64,000 nt of DNA from Octopus vulgaris (GCA_951406725.2 OX597825.1:8122001-8186000); one strand, 5' to 3'; shown: positions 1 to 13,496, counted from the stretch's first letter. Numbers and translations: made by a program. Notes: generated by a model not told the origin, from the sequence alone.

Positions 1-150
1 GTCACTAGTGCCATGCTGTATCGGCCTTTGCCATTCCCTTGTATAACATCGGTGGTATGGACAGGGCAGGCGGGAATGCATTGCCCAGACTTGTGCCTTC
101 GAAGATAACTTTCTAGGTGCAATCCCATGGTCATTCATGACCGAAGTGAG
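1..150 (+). mobile_element. SINE family D, 3' part (truncated by window edge)
   Basis: Matches copies at 20483-20730 and 35853-36135 (gtgcca.gctgtatcg.cctttgcc...ctttctaggtgcaatcccatggtca). Confidence 0.75.
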
Positions 151-380
151 GCATTATCCACTTCTTTACTACTATATGAAATAATGCGGCCAAGCCTGAA
201 ATGAATTACATTTTAAAGACTGTATGGTCACAGCTAGTCTATATTTGATAATAGATGTGCTCAACCAGGACTGATTGGGACTAAAGGCAAAAGCATTTTA
301 AGTTGTTGAAGTCGTTTTACATACATGTTTATTTCTTCTATCCATCTGTTCAGATCTTTGGGGATAATTCCCAATAAAAA

Positions 381-496
381 TCTGAACTCATATTCCACTG
401 AAGTGGGTTTTGTCTTTTGTCATTTCGTGTCAGTAATTAATTACCAGTTGAGTACCGGGATCGATGTAAACGATTTATCTCTCCCACGAAATTTGA
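381..496 (+). mobile_element. Old degraded SINE family A-related fragment
   Basis: Diverged match to family A core (ctgaactcatattccactgaagtggg...taccagttgagtaccgggatcgatgtaa). Confidence 0.5.
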
Positions 497-749
497 AACC
501 ATTATTTTTTTCCTCTTTCAATTATCTCCCTTTCTTGCAGAGTGTCTTCCCGACACGTAGGCCAACGAAACTCACTGTATATTTTGATTAGCCATTAAAA
601 TAAACACACCAGATTGTTTATTTACAAAATCAAAAAAAGTCATATGAAAATATAATAAATAATTGTACACACAGATAGAGGTATACATACAGGTACACAC
701 AACAGACACGGACACACGCAAACACACGCACATGCACGCTCACATGTAT

Positions 750-865
750 ATACGACGGTCTTCTTTCAGTTTCCCCTCTACCAAATTGACCCACAGTGAT
801 TTGATCAGCCACGGACAATATGTTTGTGAAGCAATCTTCATCCCACACAGCCACACAGTTGCGCA
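750..865 (-). mobile_element. SINE family B fragment
   Basis: acgacggtcttctttcagtttcc...cacacagccac matches the 5' half of family B. Confidence 0.65.
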
Positions 866-887
866 TGTATGTATGTATGTATGTATG

Positions 888-936
<49 letters not shown>

Positions 937-1112
937 ATATATATATATATATATATAATTGAGTAGTTGAATGAATTATCTTATTATGGATAATTCGGTT
1001 AACCGATACCTGGGTAGCAAATTCACGTCAGAAAAACACGGTTGAAGCTACATGCCTAGGGCAGAGATCACGTGCTATCGTGTGGAAATTTGTGTGCTTT
1101 TTTAAATACAAA

Positions 1113-1265
1113 TAAATAAAAGAATGGAGTTGAACGACGAATTAACAAAATTCCTTTATTTTATTTTCGACATATACTAGGAATTAGGAATATGCAGCCT
1201 TCGAAATATATGTCGAAAATAAAATAAAGGAATTGTGTTAATTCGTCGTTCAACTCCATTCTTTC

Positions 1266-1270
<5 letters not shown>
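1113..1270. repeat. Palindromic element, ~64-bp inverted arms, ~30-nt spacer, hammerhead-like GAAA..GTC remnant
   Basis: agaatggagttgaacgacgaattaac...ttcgacatata is the near-perfect reverse complement of tatatgtcgaa...gttaattcgtcgttcaactccattct. Confidence 0.9.
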
Positions 1271-1330
<60 letters not shown>

Positions 1331-2616
1331 AGAGAGAGAGAGAGAGAGATAAAGAGAGAAGGAAAGAAAGAGAGAAGGAGAGACAGACAGACACGGAAAG
1401 AGAGAGAGAATAGGAAGGGATTACTTACTGCCTAAGAGCAGTAATTGGTAATCCGTTGGAATCCCAAGTTCACAACAGAGTCTGGAGCTCGGTGATCCGT
1501 AGCAAACTTCTAATTATTTACTCCATAATTTTCCTTACTTCGATTCATCTTTCCATTAATTGAAATATTTCAAATGATCTGATAAGGTTTCCTGCCTTCG
1601 TTTTATTACCTTCATATATATTTTCGTAGTTTCATCTTAGATCTGTGCCCATGCTGGAGCACCACCGTTTTGCTACACTGTTTTTACTGAGAGCCTCCTC
1701 TAATATGTGGCAACTGATGAAGAATGCAGTTTGATGTAGCTACCCTCATTTGCACATGTTGCCCTGAGGTGGGTTCATCAGGGACTCTCGAGAGGAGTCG
1801 AGAGGTTCAGCCTTGATTTAAAAATGCATACATCCACTTTGTGCAGTTTCCTCAGGCTCTTTGGGAGAATATTAAAAAGCTGTGGGCTTTTACATATATA
1901 TACATACATGTGTATTGGAGTGTTTGTGTTCAATCCTCACGATGGAAATGGGAGTTGATAATTCTATAAATAATAGTGTACGTATCGCGTTATGAAAATG
2001 CCGGGATAGAAAAAGTCAACTTTTTCCAACAAGAGGCTGTCTCGAACCCAATATATTATTTATAGCTTTATCTCCTGCGGTTTCCAGCATTAAATCGAAC
2101 TATTTTGCTTTTCTCAAACTTTAAAATTTCTGATGTCGTAAATAATATATCTTTGCGTGTGTATCTTTGTTTGCGAACAAGTTTTGTGCTTGTGTATAAT
2201 TGTGTGTGTGTGTGTGTGTTATTTTGGATAGAATGTGCTTTGTGGGTCATCACCTTCCTCACTTGATAACCGAAAATCGGATCCAATTACGTCTGCTATG
2301 TATCAATCAATCCCTACATTTCAGACAGAACTTCGTGTTCGTTCGACTCAAACATACATACGAATCTTGTGAGTGTAATCAATTGCAGCCAATATACTAA
2401 ACAGACAGCAGCAACTGTTATCAGTTCGAAATATTTTGTATAATATAGACAACGTAGCTTCCCTGATATCTGTACGTGAGTGATACATACATGCATACAT
2501 ATATACATACACGCATACGTGCATACATATATACACATACATACATACGTAAATACATACATAAATACATAAACACATACATACATGCATGTATACATAT
2601 ATACGTACATGTATAC

Positions 2617-2671
<55 letters not shown>

Positions 2672-2672
2672 T

Positions 2673-2834
2673 ACGACAGGCTTCTTTCAGTTTCCGTCTA
2701 CCAAATCCACTCACAAGGCATTGGTCGGCCCGGGGCTATAGCAGAAGACACTTGCCCAAGATGCCACGCAGTGGGACTGAACCCGGAACCATGTGGTTGG
2801 TTAGCACGCTACTTACCACACAGCCACTCCTGCG

Positions 2835-2837
<3 letters not shown>
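2673..2837 (-). mobile_element. tRNA-derived SINE family B, 5' half
   Basis: Minus strand has A box TGGCTGTGTGG, B box GGTTCAGTCCC and CORE-like cttgggcaagtgtctt; near-identical to 19453-19615. Confidence 0.9.
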
Positions 2838-2886
<49 letters not shown>

Positions 2887-2944
2887 TATTTTCCACTTAC
2901 TGCACATACACAAATACACACACACACAGCAATGTGTTTATGTA

Positions 2945-3030
2945 GAAAACCGAAGAAGGATCCTTGGATCTATGTTAGGAACCGCTTGTCTCTGCATTGG
3001 CAAGAAGTCTTGAACTAGACAGAATAACAT
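2945..3030 (+). mobile_element. Short Penelope-like terminal fragment (family F)
   Basis: Similar to 58835-58925 (gaagg.tccttggatcta...aaccg.tt...attg.caagaa.tct.gaa.ta). Confidence 0.5.
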
Positions 3031-3880
3031 ACACGCACACATACATACATACATACATACATACATACAGACACCCGTCGTGTACTGGTCAATTTAATCC
3101 CTTTCTGATATAATTCTGTCCTTGTACATAATTTACAAAATATCATTAATAATATTATTAAAAGTTTTATCGTTATTATTACATCATTATCTTTGCTAGC
3201 ATTCTTATCAATGGGGCTGGTGTTTAAATAATTAACTTCTATTATGCTAAGGAAATTAATAACTTTCACAGAGGCACACAACATCTCCGACATACACTTC
3301 ATATATACATACAGCTTTCATCTCTTCCGCAACTGATACATAACACACACACGTTATCTGTTTAATGTGTTTCTTCAAATCATGTTGTTTTTTCTCCATC
3401 GCTGTCTTTGTAATATTAATATATAATCGTTATTGAACATTTCAAAGAGATTAACGTTTGTTCTCTTTGACAAGTTTATTATCTATTTTGTAAATATTTT
3501 TTTTATATCTTCAATTAGAAAGTGTTTACCATCCAAAATATTGTATTAAATGAGAAGGAATTTTACTATTTTTTTATTCTTGTTTTGAAAATTAAGAAAC
3601 TCGTTGTGTATCTTATAGTAGTTTCATGATTTTAAGGTAAAAAAATAAATAAAAACATATATATATTTGAATACAGGCCTAAAGATTTTATATTCAATTA
3701 AGGAGTAAAGTTTTGAAATTCATCTCACTTTGGACTTCTCTCTTTCCATTTAAAAGTATATTTCTCTGATTATAATATAAAGTTAAGTGTCCTTCGTTCC
3801 AAACAAAAATTTCGCAAGTCTTTGTATGTTTGAAGTACAACACATCTAAAATACACGCATACATACATATATACATACAT

Positions 3881-3925
<45 letters not shown>

Positions 3926-4243
3926 TACACACACACACACATATATATATATGTATGTATATGTATATGCAAGATATTTGAAAGTATATTACATCAATAT
4001 CGACAATATCAATATATATATATGTGTATGTGTGTGTGTGTTTGTGCGTGTGTGTGTGTGCGTGTGCGTGTATGAATGAGTGGGAAAACGGAAGAAAATA
4101 CACTAAGCACATTCAATAGCAGTTACATATATATATTATTGTAAAGAGTGTGATTCGGCTCTCTGCGATGTAAAGCTTCACGGGTTTCACAGAATACTGC
4201 GAAACTTTATGTCGTACTGACCTGAATTAAACTGTTTTACATA

Positions 4244-4270
4244 GTAATAATAATAAAAAAAATAAAAAAA

Positions 4271-4325
<55 letters not shown>
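4244..4325 (+). repeat. (TAA)n microsatellite
   Basis: Direct reading. Confidence 0.95.
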
Positions 4326-4327
4326 TT

Positions 4328-4452
4328 GATGCAGTACCAAGCAAAGGCTCCCATGGGTTTTGATCTTAACTGATTGGGAGTGTTATCATGTACATTGTTT
4401 GTCTTGGTATAAAAGATGGACTACAGCAAATATTCAGCTCAATACCACAGAT
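4328..4452 (+). mobile_element. Unclassified repeat fragment (family E)
   Basis: 3' end (aaatattcagctcaataccacagat) is the reverse complement of ~44064-44090; only a short overlap is visible in the window. Confidence 0.4.
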
Positions 4453-4511
4453 ATTACGAGAAACCTCAATGAAATTGCCATAGATTGCCGCCGTGATATA
4501 ACTACATATAA

Positions 4512-4922
4512 GGCAGCGAGCTGGCAGAAACGGGCGAAATTCTTAGCGGTATTTCGTCTGCCGTTACGTTGTGAGTTCAAATTCCGCCGCGGTCGACTTT
4601 GCCTTTCATGCTTTCGGGGTCGATAAATTAAGTACCAGTTACGCACTGGGGTCGATGCAATCGACTTAATCCTTTTGTCTGTCCTTGTTTGTCCCCTCTG
4701 TGTTTAGCCCCTTGTGGGTAATAAAGAAATAGAAATAGGTATTTCGTCTGCCGTTATGTTGTGAGTTCAAATTCCGCCGAGGTCGACATGTCTTTCATTT
4801 TTTCAGGTTCGATGAATTAAGTACCAGGTACGCACTGGGGTCGATGTAATCGACTTAATCCATTTGTCTGTCCTTGTTTGTCCTCTCTGTGTTTAGCGCC
4901 TTGCGGTTTGTAAAGAAATAGA
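4512..4922 (+). mobile_element. SINE family A head-to-tail dimer (full copy plus head-less copy)
   Basis: A box TGGCAGAA, B box GAGTTCAAATTCC; second unit starts at ggtatttcgtctg (~4738); imperfect TSD gatataactacatataa / gatataactatataaa flanks both units. Confidence 0.9.
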
Positions 4923-5678
4923 TATAACTATATAAATTTGAAAACTAACGTTATAACCTAAAAGGTTTTTTCTTTCAAATAACTTTTACAGAAATCTCGA
5001 AAATTATTTTAATGAATATTTTTATTTAATATTGTTCACATCCCTTTATACATATTTCCTGTCCACCTTATAACTGCTGTGTTTTCAAGCTCATCCATTG
5101 TACCTTCCTCCAAACATGCACGAAAATTTTAAATCCGCCGAATATGCATTTTCAATAAACACCCATTGCTGTCCATTATAATACAATACACGCAGCAAAT
5201 TCTAAGCGAATAGTATTAAATAATAGCAGCACCGTCCTTTATGGAATTCCATTAAAGAATTAGAAATTCAACATTTCAATTCTTATTAAAATCCATATAG
5301 GCAATAAAATTCAATACTGTTGCAGCACACGTTATTACACTATGACATTTACCCTGAATAAAATGTTAAATAAATTTATTTCCGGTGATGACAATTCATC
5401 AAATATTTCTGGATATACTTTGCAGATGTACCAAAATAGAATGCTACATTGGCTGTAGGCCGGGAGATTTTTCAAATGTTTATGAAACAGGGGACATTTC
5501 AATTAATCAAAAACACTGGCGTAATTATGTAATTATGAAATCCCTTAAATAAAAAGATTTAACTAAAAAGGAATTTGAATTCAAAATAACAAAATAACAT
5601 ATTAAGAGTGTGTGTGCGTATGTCTATATATGTTTGTTTGTTTGTTTGTGTGTTTGTGTGTGTTTGGGTGCGTATATC

Positions 5679-5720
<42 letters not shown>

Positions 5721-5721
<1 letters not shown>

Positions 5722-6087
5722 TAGCAGTATCGCCCGGCGTTGCTCAGGTTTGTAAGGGAAATAACTATAAAGCATTTTTAGAGAGTTATAGCCAAAAAAT
5801 AGAAAAAAAATGATGGTAAATTTTTTTCAGAGTTAAAAAAGGTGGAGTTGCGTCCCCTAGACGGTCTGTGGATTGGGTTTCTGATTCTCGACCCCATGTC
5901 GAATTTATCGATTTTTTTCAGAACTGGGGGAACTTTTCAAAATTTTCGCTGCGTTAGTTTTGAATTATGACATTGGGCTATGTGTGTGTCAAGTTTCATC
6001 AGAATCGGTTGAAAGCCGTGGTCAGGGTGAGGGTACGAGAAAACAGACACACAGAAACACGCACAGACAAACTGCCGTTTATATAGA
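5721..6087 (-). mobile_element. Non-autonomous Helitron
   Basis: Minus strand: A|TCTATATAAA 5' end, CTAG|T 3' end, subterminal hairpin cctgagcaacgccggg; inserted at an AT inside (TA)n. Confidence 0.85.
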
Positions 6088-7718
6088 TATATATATATAT
6101 ATATATAGATGTATGTATGTATGTATGTATGTATGTATGTATGTATGTATGTATTTATATATATATAATCGTATACGCACACAAATCATATACGGATATG
6201 ATTTTGCTACATTTTCTGATTTCGATTATTCCTCTACTCTGTAAGTTCCAGGAATCTTCCTTATTGCAATGTTTAGTCTCACTTCAGTTGCTTCTGCAGT
6301 TCCTGTTATTCTGAAGCCACGGAAGAATCGCTGGAAAAAATATTATTGCTTTTGCTTTATTACATATTTTAAGATCATTCAGACTGGTTTGATAAGAAAT
6401 ATTCAAGATTGAAACTAAATATTATAAATCCAGCATTAAGCAAGATAATAGTGCTCTTGTAATAATGTAACAGTTCCATATGTTTTAAAGTCCAAATTCC
6501 ATCGGTGTTATTTTTCTGTATTAACTTTCTAAGATCGTCTGTAAAATTCCACCAAAATTCATTTCTTTTTATCCTCCTGCCAGTCTCAGAACACAGAAAA
6601 ACACTTGGGGAAACTTATGGGATTTAGAATCACATCTCTTCCTAAAAAATTGAAATCTTATTCCACATTTGCTATAAAACCAAATTAAGACGCGTGTTTC
6701 ATGTATTTCTGCATTAGTTACAACACAAATATCCTTCATTAGATACAACACAAATATTTGTACATTTTAAACATGCTATCACTTAAAGAAATTACACATG
6801 TATTTTTTGTTGTATATGATAAAATGAAATGTATATATTTGTGTCTGTTATAGTAGCAAGCCTACATTGATGAGTGCTATGACGTTTCTTTATTTACATT
6901 TTAATTGAAACCGGAAATACCTTCCCCTCTTTAACCACGATCCGAGTATAACGTGTAGGAGGATTGATGCAACATGTTGGCACTTATCTTAGCTATTACT
7001 AGAATTCAGTTTTGATATTTAGCAGATGTTATTAACAGTAATGAGTTTTATTCAACTCCAAACAAATAAAAGAATAAATGAAATATAACAAAAACACAGT
7101 AGATCAGTTTTAATTCAAAATTGTTGTAAAAGAAATATCTCTGACGAGGAAGAACGATTTCAATGCTCATTTTGGTTAATGCCATATTTCAGATTAGAGA
7201 ATTGTTTTGAAAGAAAAGTTTGAATAGCGTAAAAGCGATTGTAACCCGTCAGAATGAAGCAATTCCAATATTTACAGAATATATACATAGCGATATAAAT
7301 ATGGTTATATACATATGAGTGTGTGTACGTACGTGCACGTACATGTATATGCATACGTGAGTGTGTGTGAATGTGTGTGTGTATAAACAGATTGACATCC
7401 ACATACACACGAATATATGAATACAGAAATATTCATCATAAACTTACAAATATTCAAACACGTATTCAGAAACAGAAATACAATATAAACATTATAACGA
7501 TTACATATATATATACATTTATGCATATATATATATATATATATATATATACATTTATGCATATATATATATATATACATTTATGCATATATATACACAT
7601 ACATATATGCATATATATATATATACACATATACATATATGCATATATATAAATACATATATGCATATATATATATATATATATACACTCACACACACAC
7701 ATATAGACATAGATATAG

Positions 7719-7755
<37 letters not shown>

Positions 7756-8599
7756 CATACATATGTATGTATGCGTATATGATATCCATGAATTCATGTT
7801 TCTTCGTATATGCACATAAGCCTATACATGCATGTATATATCCGTTTATATATGTGTGTATATGCTTCGTAATCAAAGGTAGAGTATACATCAATATTGA
7901 CATACATACTTAATTACATGCTTACATATGAACATTCATACATGAATTCATTTAAATATAATAACGCGTATATACATGCGCATTTACACTCGTACATGCG
8001 TTCATCCAAAGATATATATTTGCAGGCATCCATACATGCATTCGTAGTTTTTTACGGTATTGTGAACGTGGAGACAAATAAGCGTTGCACGACTTCATAA
8101 AATGATATCTCGATATCCTTGCGTATATGTTTATTATTGCCCTGTATGTTTCTAGTATATATACGCTTGTTCACGTACAGGAATCCATGTAGGGGGTGGG
8201 AGAATATATAAAATTGGGATTATGTGTTATGTTTGACTGTGACGCATGTATGCATCACACAATATATTAATATATTTTCTCATAATTACTTTCTAAAAAG
8301 TATTTGAAACAATGAACGAGAAAGCGATTTAAATTAGTTTTATTCATTTTTTTTTTTTGTTTTTAGAAATATTTCTATCTTGCAAACAAAAAAAAAACAA
8401 AAACAAAATAAACAAAAAAAAAAAAAAGAAACGAATGGGTTTATATACGCAAACGCGTTATCAGCATATTTGTTATTTTGATATTTCAAATATTTTACGT
8501 TTCATATTGAATGTCCTGAAACATATTTGCGTAATTTATATTTAATTTTCGGCAAAATTCATTCTGAACAGTTTGGATGTTATTAATATTGCAACACGC

Positions 8600-9100
8600 C
8601 AACCTTAATCAAACTACAAGAGATTGCTCCAAACATCGATCTCAAACCCCAAATATTCCCAAGCAGCAACTGATCCTACTGTTGCTTTGCCAGTGTAAAC
8701 TCCATCAGCATTGTAGGCTTTTCTATTCCGCAGATTTTTAATTACGATGGCGCCTTGAAAAATTCTTACATCATTAACATCCAGTTTACATCCACTATAG
8801 ACATTTGGCATATCACCTTCAAATATATCCCCCTTTCACACCATTCATATCTTCTTTTTCATACACATACCAAAAGTACCTGAAAAGTCTCTGAAACCCT
8901 GCAAGTCTACCGTCCTTTATAATCCTCCGTCCATCGTTCTCAAACATTGCGATCTAGAGAAGGCCTTTATATTGAAAAAAATTGCAATTTATCAGTCTAT
9001 ACGCGAATGTTAGTCGATCTTTTGTAACACCTAATACAGAATCCCAAACCCGGAATGCAACCTCTTCCATACTGTCAAATATAAACTTATTGTACTTATA
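8600..9100 (-). pseudogene. Degraded LINE reverse-transcriptase N-terminal remnant
   Basis: ORF 8614-8811 VIKNLRNRKAYNADGV...AWEYL resembles the IKxLKNxKAPGxDGI..EWL motif that precedes LINE RT domains. Confidence 0.5.
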
Positions 9101-9604
9101 ATCCTCTAGCATCTAATTGACAATGAACTCAGGCAATTACAATAAATTTCTTCTTAAAACATTCAGTCAATCTGTTTGTTTGTCTCTCACAAACTCTTTA
9201 ATGGACTCCAGTATGAATTCTTTGCAGTTAGATCTACTGTAAATCCTTAAACTCAATAGCATGTTCAAATAGGAAACTTCAGTGAATCCTTCAATAACTG
9301 CTGATAAAATTACGACGAATATTTCTTCCCATGGCATATATGCACACACACACACACACACACACAAACTCACACACACACACACGCGCACACACATATA
9401 TATATTCAGATGAATGCGGTACTTAAGTTGAAGCACCATAATTTAATACGGTATTATCTATATAATTTCAAAGGTGATTAAAATCAAAATAAGCAACAAG
9501 GATATTCGGATATCCTTCTTTGCAAAAGATCGCAGTGCCCTGAAACACGCTGCATACCATAATAATTTAGTTTTCATTAACTACACACCAACACACACGT
9601 GAGA

Positions 9605-9606
<2 letters not shown>

Positions 9607-9685
<79 letters not shown>

Positions 9686-9686
9686 C
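9607..9686 (+). repeat. (GCAC)n microsatellite
   Basis: Direct reading. Confidence 0.95.
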
Positions 9687-9949
9687 AGAAATATGAACAC
9701 ACACATGCACAAACACACAGGTATATTATTTATATTATTGTATGATCGAACACCCCGCATCCTTTTCCAAGTAAATTCTATCTTAATAATTACGATGCGC
9801 ACTCTTCTATCTTCATCCTTTCTGTTTTTCTCTCTCACCCTTTCCCTACTCTTCTCCTCTCCTCTTCACCGTTCCCTCTTTTCTCTCTCTCTCTTTCACC
9901 CTTCACCCTTGACTCTCTCGTCGCTGACACGTGACGAAAGGAGAGCTAT

Positions 9950-11514
9950 CGTTCTGTCTAAATTTATTTTAAACTGTATAAATTATTTTACTTTTTACAG
10001 TTTATGTAGAATTGTTTTCTTTCGTATGATACAGGTGTTATGTATCTTTCTACAGCCAGAATAATTTTAATGCGCAATTAATTCAAATGATTAAAAATTA
10101 TCGGCAAAATAAGTCTAAGACCGCACTAGCATTATTTTCTTTAAATTGAAAATTTACGGCGCAAATGATCAACGAACAATAATTTATTATTAGTTTTCTA
10201 GTTCGATTACCATTATTTCCACTTACGCCCTTACAACGGCGAGACATAGAATCCGACAAATGAGCACAAAATCACTTGGAATGTTCTGCCATATTTCTTC
10301 AATAAAATTATATAATTGGGACAAATTTATTGCTTTTTTGGCATGAACTATTTTAGAAACATTATTCCATAAATTTCTATCGGATTCAAATCCGGGTTCT
10401 GAGGAGGCCACTCAACAACCACCATATTATTGCGCTCAAAATATTGAAAAAAATTTCCTAGTCTTATGAACGGGGCAATAGCCCTGCTGGAAAATATATC
10501 CCGGTGGCATTTGGTCATTTAATTATGGTAGTACATTTTCATTTACTAATTGCCGATAGCCTACACTGTTCAGTGTACCATCAACCTTAACATTTGGACC
10601 AACATCCAAGCTGTTGCACGCCATTACCCTACCACCACCCGCTTGCGCTGTTTTGTTGACATACTTAGGATGGAATTCTTCAGTTGGACGGTGTCTATCT
10701 TAAGTCTGTCCGTCTGATCCAAAGATTCGTCGCTCCAAAGAACACCTGACCAGTCTTCGGCCAACCATTCAATATGGCTTTCAGCAAACTTGACACGCTT
10801 CCGCAGGTTCGTCTCAGAAATTATCGGCTTCTTTCGAGCGCTCCGGCCGAACTTTCCAAATCCTTTTAGGCGTTTTCTTACATTTTGTGGTGTAAAGCTG
10901 ATGTCAGTTTCATCAAATAACTGCTTGCAAATGTCCACTGCTGTTAGTATGCGGATACCTTCAGAGAGCTTATGAATAAACCGATCCATCTGTACTGTTG
11001 TTTTTCTCAGAGCACCCGTTCTTTGCCGAACTTTGTATTAGCCAATGGCTTGGCAAATCTTCCATGCTTGAAAATAAGCCGTTTTGCTTACTAATATCCA
11101 GGAAGGACATATTTTGCTAATGGAGCAACATGATCCTTGACCTAGCAACTGGGTTGACATTACGACGCTTCCCCATAGCGAATGCATGTGCAAAAATGCT
11201 CGATTATTAAACAGAAGTGTGCAGTACGACCAACCATCTGGTTTGTAAATTTGCATTGTGTTGATAAAGTCTTAAAGAAAATAATGTTGTACGGTCTTAA
11301 ATTTAGTTTGCCAACGATTTTTAATCATTTGAACTTATTGTGCATCAATATTATTCAAATTACAGAAAGATATATAAAGCCTGTATCATTGGAAGCAGAA
11401 ACAGCAGTACATGAACTGTAAAAAGAAAAATACTTTTATACTGTTTTGTTAAAAATAAATTAATGGAGAAATAGAACTGCCATATCCTCGGGCTTAAACT
11501 TCTTTTGGTTAGTG
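9950..11514 (-). mobile_element. Tc1-family DNA transposon with long (IR/DR-type) TIRs, decayed
   Basis: ~9960-10145 is the reverse complement of ~11272-11465; right end ...GGTTAGTG|TA; internal transposase remnants. Confidence 0.9.
10223..11060 (-). pseudogene. Frameshifted Tc1 transposase
   Basis: GRSARKKPIIS..RVKFAESHIEW..DWSGVLWSDES, IFQQGYCPVHK and VVEWPPQNPDLNPIE in different frames correspond to the Tc1 WSDES, FQQDNAPxH and WPxxSPDLNPIE motifs. Confidence 0.92.
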
Positions 11515-11720
11515 TATATATCTGTATCTATATATCTATTTATATATCTATATCTATCTATCAATATCTATCTATCTATCTATCTACCTATCTATCTATC
11601 TATATCTATTTCTCTCTATCTCTCTTTCTCTATCTCTCTCTCTCTCTCACTCTGTATATATATATATATATATATATATACATACTCACATATATACATA
11701 CATACATATTTATACATATG

Positions 11721-11771
<51 letters not shown>

Positions 11772-11775
11772 AAAT

Positions 11776-11935
11776 TTCCGTAACTTAGCAGTTCGGCAAA
11801 CGGAACCGATTGAATAAGTACCAGGCTTAGAAAAAATAACAAAAAAGCGATTCATTCGACTAAAATATTTCCACGCGCTGCCCCAACATGGCAGCAGTCT
11901 ACAGTCTGATACAAGTAAATGGTAAACGATAAATG
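11776..11935 (+). mobile_element. SINE family B, 3' half
   Basis: cgtaacttagcagttcggcaaa...gaataagtaccaggctt...ccccaacatggc. Confidence 0.75.
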
Positions 11936-12188
11936 ATAAAAAAATATGAAGATATATATATATATATATATATATAAGCATTGATGCATATACTTATTAC
12001 ATACAACACACACATACATATGCTGTTATGTTGGTAGTTGCTGACATGTGACATAAAAGATAACAGAATATGTTATAAGTTCCTATTACTTGGGAAAAGA
12101 TAAATCTGGCACATACGCAGACTTTATATGCAGACGAGCAAAAACATATGTATATTTGTTTCTCGGCGTATCTCTATCTATGGATTTC

Positions 12189-12219
<31 letters not shown>

Positions 12220-12683
12220 CTGTGTGTGCGTATGTAAGTTGTTTACGTTCGTGTGCCTGACAGTGTTTGCATAACTGTATCTACCTTTCCGATTGTGATT
12301 TCAAACATATGTACTTCATATATGTGCGTTGTGTAGACGAGCATACATATACATGTCTAAAATTGTCTGACACCTGTTATCTTTAGAGCTCTGCTTCCAT
12401 GCTATTTTCTCGCATTTTGCTTTTTCTGCGTATTTTATTTTACAACGTGAAAATATCCATATGTTTGGATATTTGCCCGAGCTGTATAAGTGGGAGTGCG
12501 ATAATTAGTTATTCAAAATGTATATCAAAACAAGTTTTTTTTTCACTTTTTTGTACTTTCTTTTTTTAACATTTTCCGTATAATAATGTTAATGGATTTC
12601 AAGAGAGGACATTTTTCGAATTATTCTGCTCGTATTTTCTTCTCTCACTTTCTTTCCTTTCCCGTCTCTGTCGCTCTCACAGC

Positions 12684-12753
12684 ACACAGGTATACATAAT
12701 TGCTTACATACTTATACAGTCGCTCGTACTCTCTCTCACTCACCCCACACTCT

Positions 12754-12824
<71 letters not shown>

Positions 12825-13035
12825 GCATACATGGTTGCTTACATATTTATACACCCGCCCGTACTCTCTCTCTCACTCAGACCACACACACTCTCTCTCT
12901 CACTCTCACACACACACACAAACACACACACACAGAGGTATACATAGTTGCTTACATACTTATACAGTCGCTCGTACTCTGTCTCTCTCTCTCTCACTCA
13001 TCCCACACTCTCATACACACACACACACACAGGTT
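12684..13035 (+). repeat. Three-unit minisatellite (~110-140-bp unit containing CT and CA tracts)
   Basis: Unit aggtatacata.ttgcttacatacttatacagtcgctcgtactct recurs at ~12688, ~12822 and ~12936. Confidence 0.85.
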
Positions 13036-13496
13036 TACCTCCGTGTTAGTCTCTAATTATTTCGATGTATGAGCACATGTTCATAAACGTATGCCTGTTG
13101 CTTTTAATGAACGTACAAACGCATTTACTCAAAGCGTTTTGACAATAGCAGCTACACTGCCGTATATTTCTGTTTCGCCTAATGTATAATTTGTGTTACG
13201 CCATTCGAAACTAACGCTATATTAAGTTTTTCTTCATTCTGCCCTAAGACGGTGAATATAAATAGTGACCCTAATCATTTCTCTAAAGACAAAATATAAC
13301 ATTGCCACATCTAAGGTGCCTAACTGTCGCTGAAATATCGATGCTTAGCTCCAGCCGCTAGAAGAAATATTACGTGTAACACTGACACTGGGAAAGATAT
13401 TCAATTCAGTTCCTATACTACCACAGATTAACTATTCTTCATACCTGCGAATACTATGTATACGTATTTGTGTGTGTGTCCGTGTGTATATGTACA

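Noticed and set aside
1714-1785. CTGATGA on both strands (1714+ and ~1776-)
   Set aside because: No correctly placed GAAA or stem set, so not a hammerhead.
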